A stretch of 62,969 bases of DNA, counting the filler, from Parasitella parasitica NRRL 2501 (Eukaryota > Fungi > Mucoromycota): assembly GCA_025201805.1 (NCBI GenBank). It is 10 parts of 10 records of this genome, joined end to end, with 100 filler letters (N's around TTAATTAATTAA, not from the genome) between each part and the next. Parts side by side here need not be neighbours in the genome. Positions count along the whole stretch, not along the records: positions 60,518 to 62,969 come from MU619558.1; 9 more parts are not named here. One strand, written 5' to 3'. Shown here piece after piece: positions 61,189-62,969 of this stretch. Made by a program: the position numbers and the translations under genes. Within the stretch, counting starts at the first letter, position 1. Every line of letters begins with the position of its first letter. The notes beneath the pieces were generated by a model. The model was given only the letters and a program-made list of their open reading frames with translations, made no database searches and had not been told where the DNA came from.

Positions 61189-62969
61189 CAGTAGCCGCTC
61201 GATTTAAGGCTAAAATTTTTGTGAATTTTTTTTTTAAGCAGGGAGTTAGCCTTATTAGCCTTATTCGATATAAGGCTGAAAATTTTCGAAATTTTAGCCT
61301 TATTTTACAGTAAATTGACGGTATTTAAATTTGGGTTGTGTTGAGACTTCTAAAAATGGGAGCAATTTTATTGTAAATTTCTAAAGAGGTTGAAAAAAGT
61401 ACGGACATCTGTCTGCTGCTTCTTCTCTGCTACTTCTTCAGACCTAATTTCATCCAGTTTTTTACGAATTGTTTTTAGCATAGACCTATCTTGATCATCC
61501 GTTGCAAATGAATGATACAAAATAGTTTTATATGCTTCTTTCAGCTTTTGTCTTATGTCCTTTAGACCAACCTCTTCTTGTTCGTCTTCATCTTCATTGA
61601 ATTCAACGAAATCAGGCTGAAAAACAATCAAATCTGATTCACCCGCATTCAAATCCAATTCTTCTACTCCTGTCACTAATTGAACGTCATCAGAGTTCTT
61701 GTTCCCAGGAAGATCAGGGATAACTTCATTTAGGCGATTGGCCAAATCATCATCTATGGGCAACTCAGAAGTTGGGATGGCAGCATCCACTTGAGCCATC
61801 TCTTGATTTTGAGACTTGAAATCCAGAATTTTTGTGTGATCCCAGCAGTTTTTGATGATTTGAGGCTTCACTTTGAGCCAAGAATCAGCCAAGAAGTAAA
61901 GTGCATCAACGTCATCCATTCTGTATTGTTCAGCATAATCAAGGCTTACTCCCGAAAGATACTTGTTGGCTGCTCTATAGTATTGGTGCAAACGAAATTG
62001 GGCTTTGAAATTAGCAATAATTCCTATTATATTATAGTAAAGAGTTAGGAGGATAAGAATGTAATGTGAAAGAAAGTTGAGAGCATTAGATTACCAGCAT
62101 CCAAGGGTTGTAATTTACTCGTAGTGTTTGCAGGAAGAAAAATCAACTTAATGTTGCTGAATTCTTCTTTCAGTTTGTGCACAGAGGCATTGTCAACCAA
62201 GATTGCTACATTTTTTTTGGCGTAAACAAACGAGGAATTCAAGCGCTTTATGTATTGTCGAAAAACATCAGTCGTCATCCATGCACTTGGAGTAGAATGG
62301 TACTCGACGTAGTGAGACTGACCAATGCAAGTAGTTTTTCGATATAAGGCTGGCTTTCTTGTGGCGGCTCTGGGGTTTTTTCTTCTCCCAAGTACGATAG
62401 GATGGCCTTTGTAGGATCCATCATAATTGGTAACAAGTCCAACTGTGAATCTATTCTTACTTTTTTTTGATCCACCCATTGGCTTCTGGCTAATTGTACG
62501 AGTTGGTTGTTGCTCGTAGTATAACCCAGTTTCATCGAAGTTCAAGATGTCCTTCGGATTATAAGGCTCTAAAAGTTTCTCAATCTTTTCGAGCTCCTGA
62601 ATAATGTTGCTAGAGGTAAGATCGACAGAGCTTTCTTCGCCATAAAGGTGTCTTGACTTAACACCAATCCTTTTGAAAACTTTAGTCAACCATCCTTCAG
62701 AGAATGTGATTCTACGACTTGGAGGCAGTTCATTCATCTTGTATTTTCTGTTTGCGATCACTTTTGCAAAAGTTGCAACAGTTAGTTGCGCGATTTACAG
62801 GAATGGATTTTTCATTCATACTTTGAATGTACTGCAGGATGTCGTTGTCTAGTGAGGGAATTGCTGTCTCTTTGCTGCTTTTTAACTTGGTATTGCCATT
62901 TGCGTACAACTTGAAAACCTTGTCCTTTGCATACAAAACGTTCGAGATGGTTTTTTGGCTGACAGACTT
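61189..62969 (-). mobile_element. pogo/Tigger (DDE_1, CENP-B-like) transposon, runs off window end
   Basis: FSEGWLTKVFKR, DILNFDETGLYY, KNRFTVGL, AWMTTDVF, ILVDNASVH, FLPANTTSKLQPLDAG|II, IKNCWDHT; terminal TA|CAGTA.. palindromic block 61189-61320 with AGCCTTA/TAAGGCT repeats. Confidence 0.9.

Noticed and set aside
61368-62969. Domesticated CENP-B-like host gene
   Set aside because: Has a TA-flanked terminal palindromic/TIR structure and sits in a TE nest; an ordinary pogo transposon is simpler.

Overview
Eukaryotic fungal DNA, almost certainly Mucorales (Mucor/Parasitella-like): AT-rich, compact genes, many 50-80 nt GT-AG introns, draft scaffold with N gaps carrying an artificial TTAATTAATTAA spacer. 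Bases ~1-39,750 are gene-dense. They hold PEX13, SKN7-type HSF/response regulator, HSH49/SF3B4, an RCC1-repeat (Ats1-like) gene, ketopantoate reductase, an intron-rich SDR missed by the ORF track, a secreted DUF3472-type protein, an A1 aspartic protease, VPS51, a 2xLysM secreted protein, YhhN, tRNA-Ser(UGA), HRQ1, EMC4, RBM26/27, FAM192A, a Zn2Cys6 TF, La protein and several orphans. The one clear LTR cluster in this part is a pile of solo LTRs just upstream of the tRNA gene. Bases ~40,000-62,969 contain no recognisable host gene and form a nest of transposon debris: CACTA/CMC, Tc1/IS630, pogo/Tigger, L1-like LINE pieces, Ty3/gypsy gag/pol/chromodomain and at least six solo LTRs with readable 5-bp TSDs. 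The most unusual element is a complete, TSD-flanked, poly(A)-tailed retroposon that encodes only a LINE ORF1 (HAL1/'half-L1'-like) and has a duplicated CGCGAAA-containing 5' monomer. All calls were made by eye without database searches.
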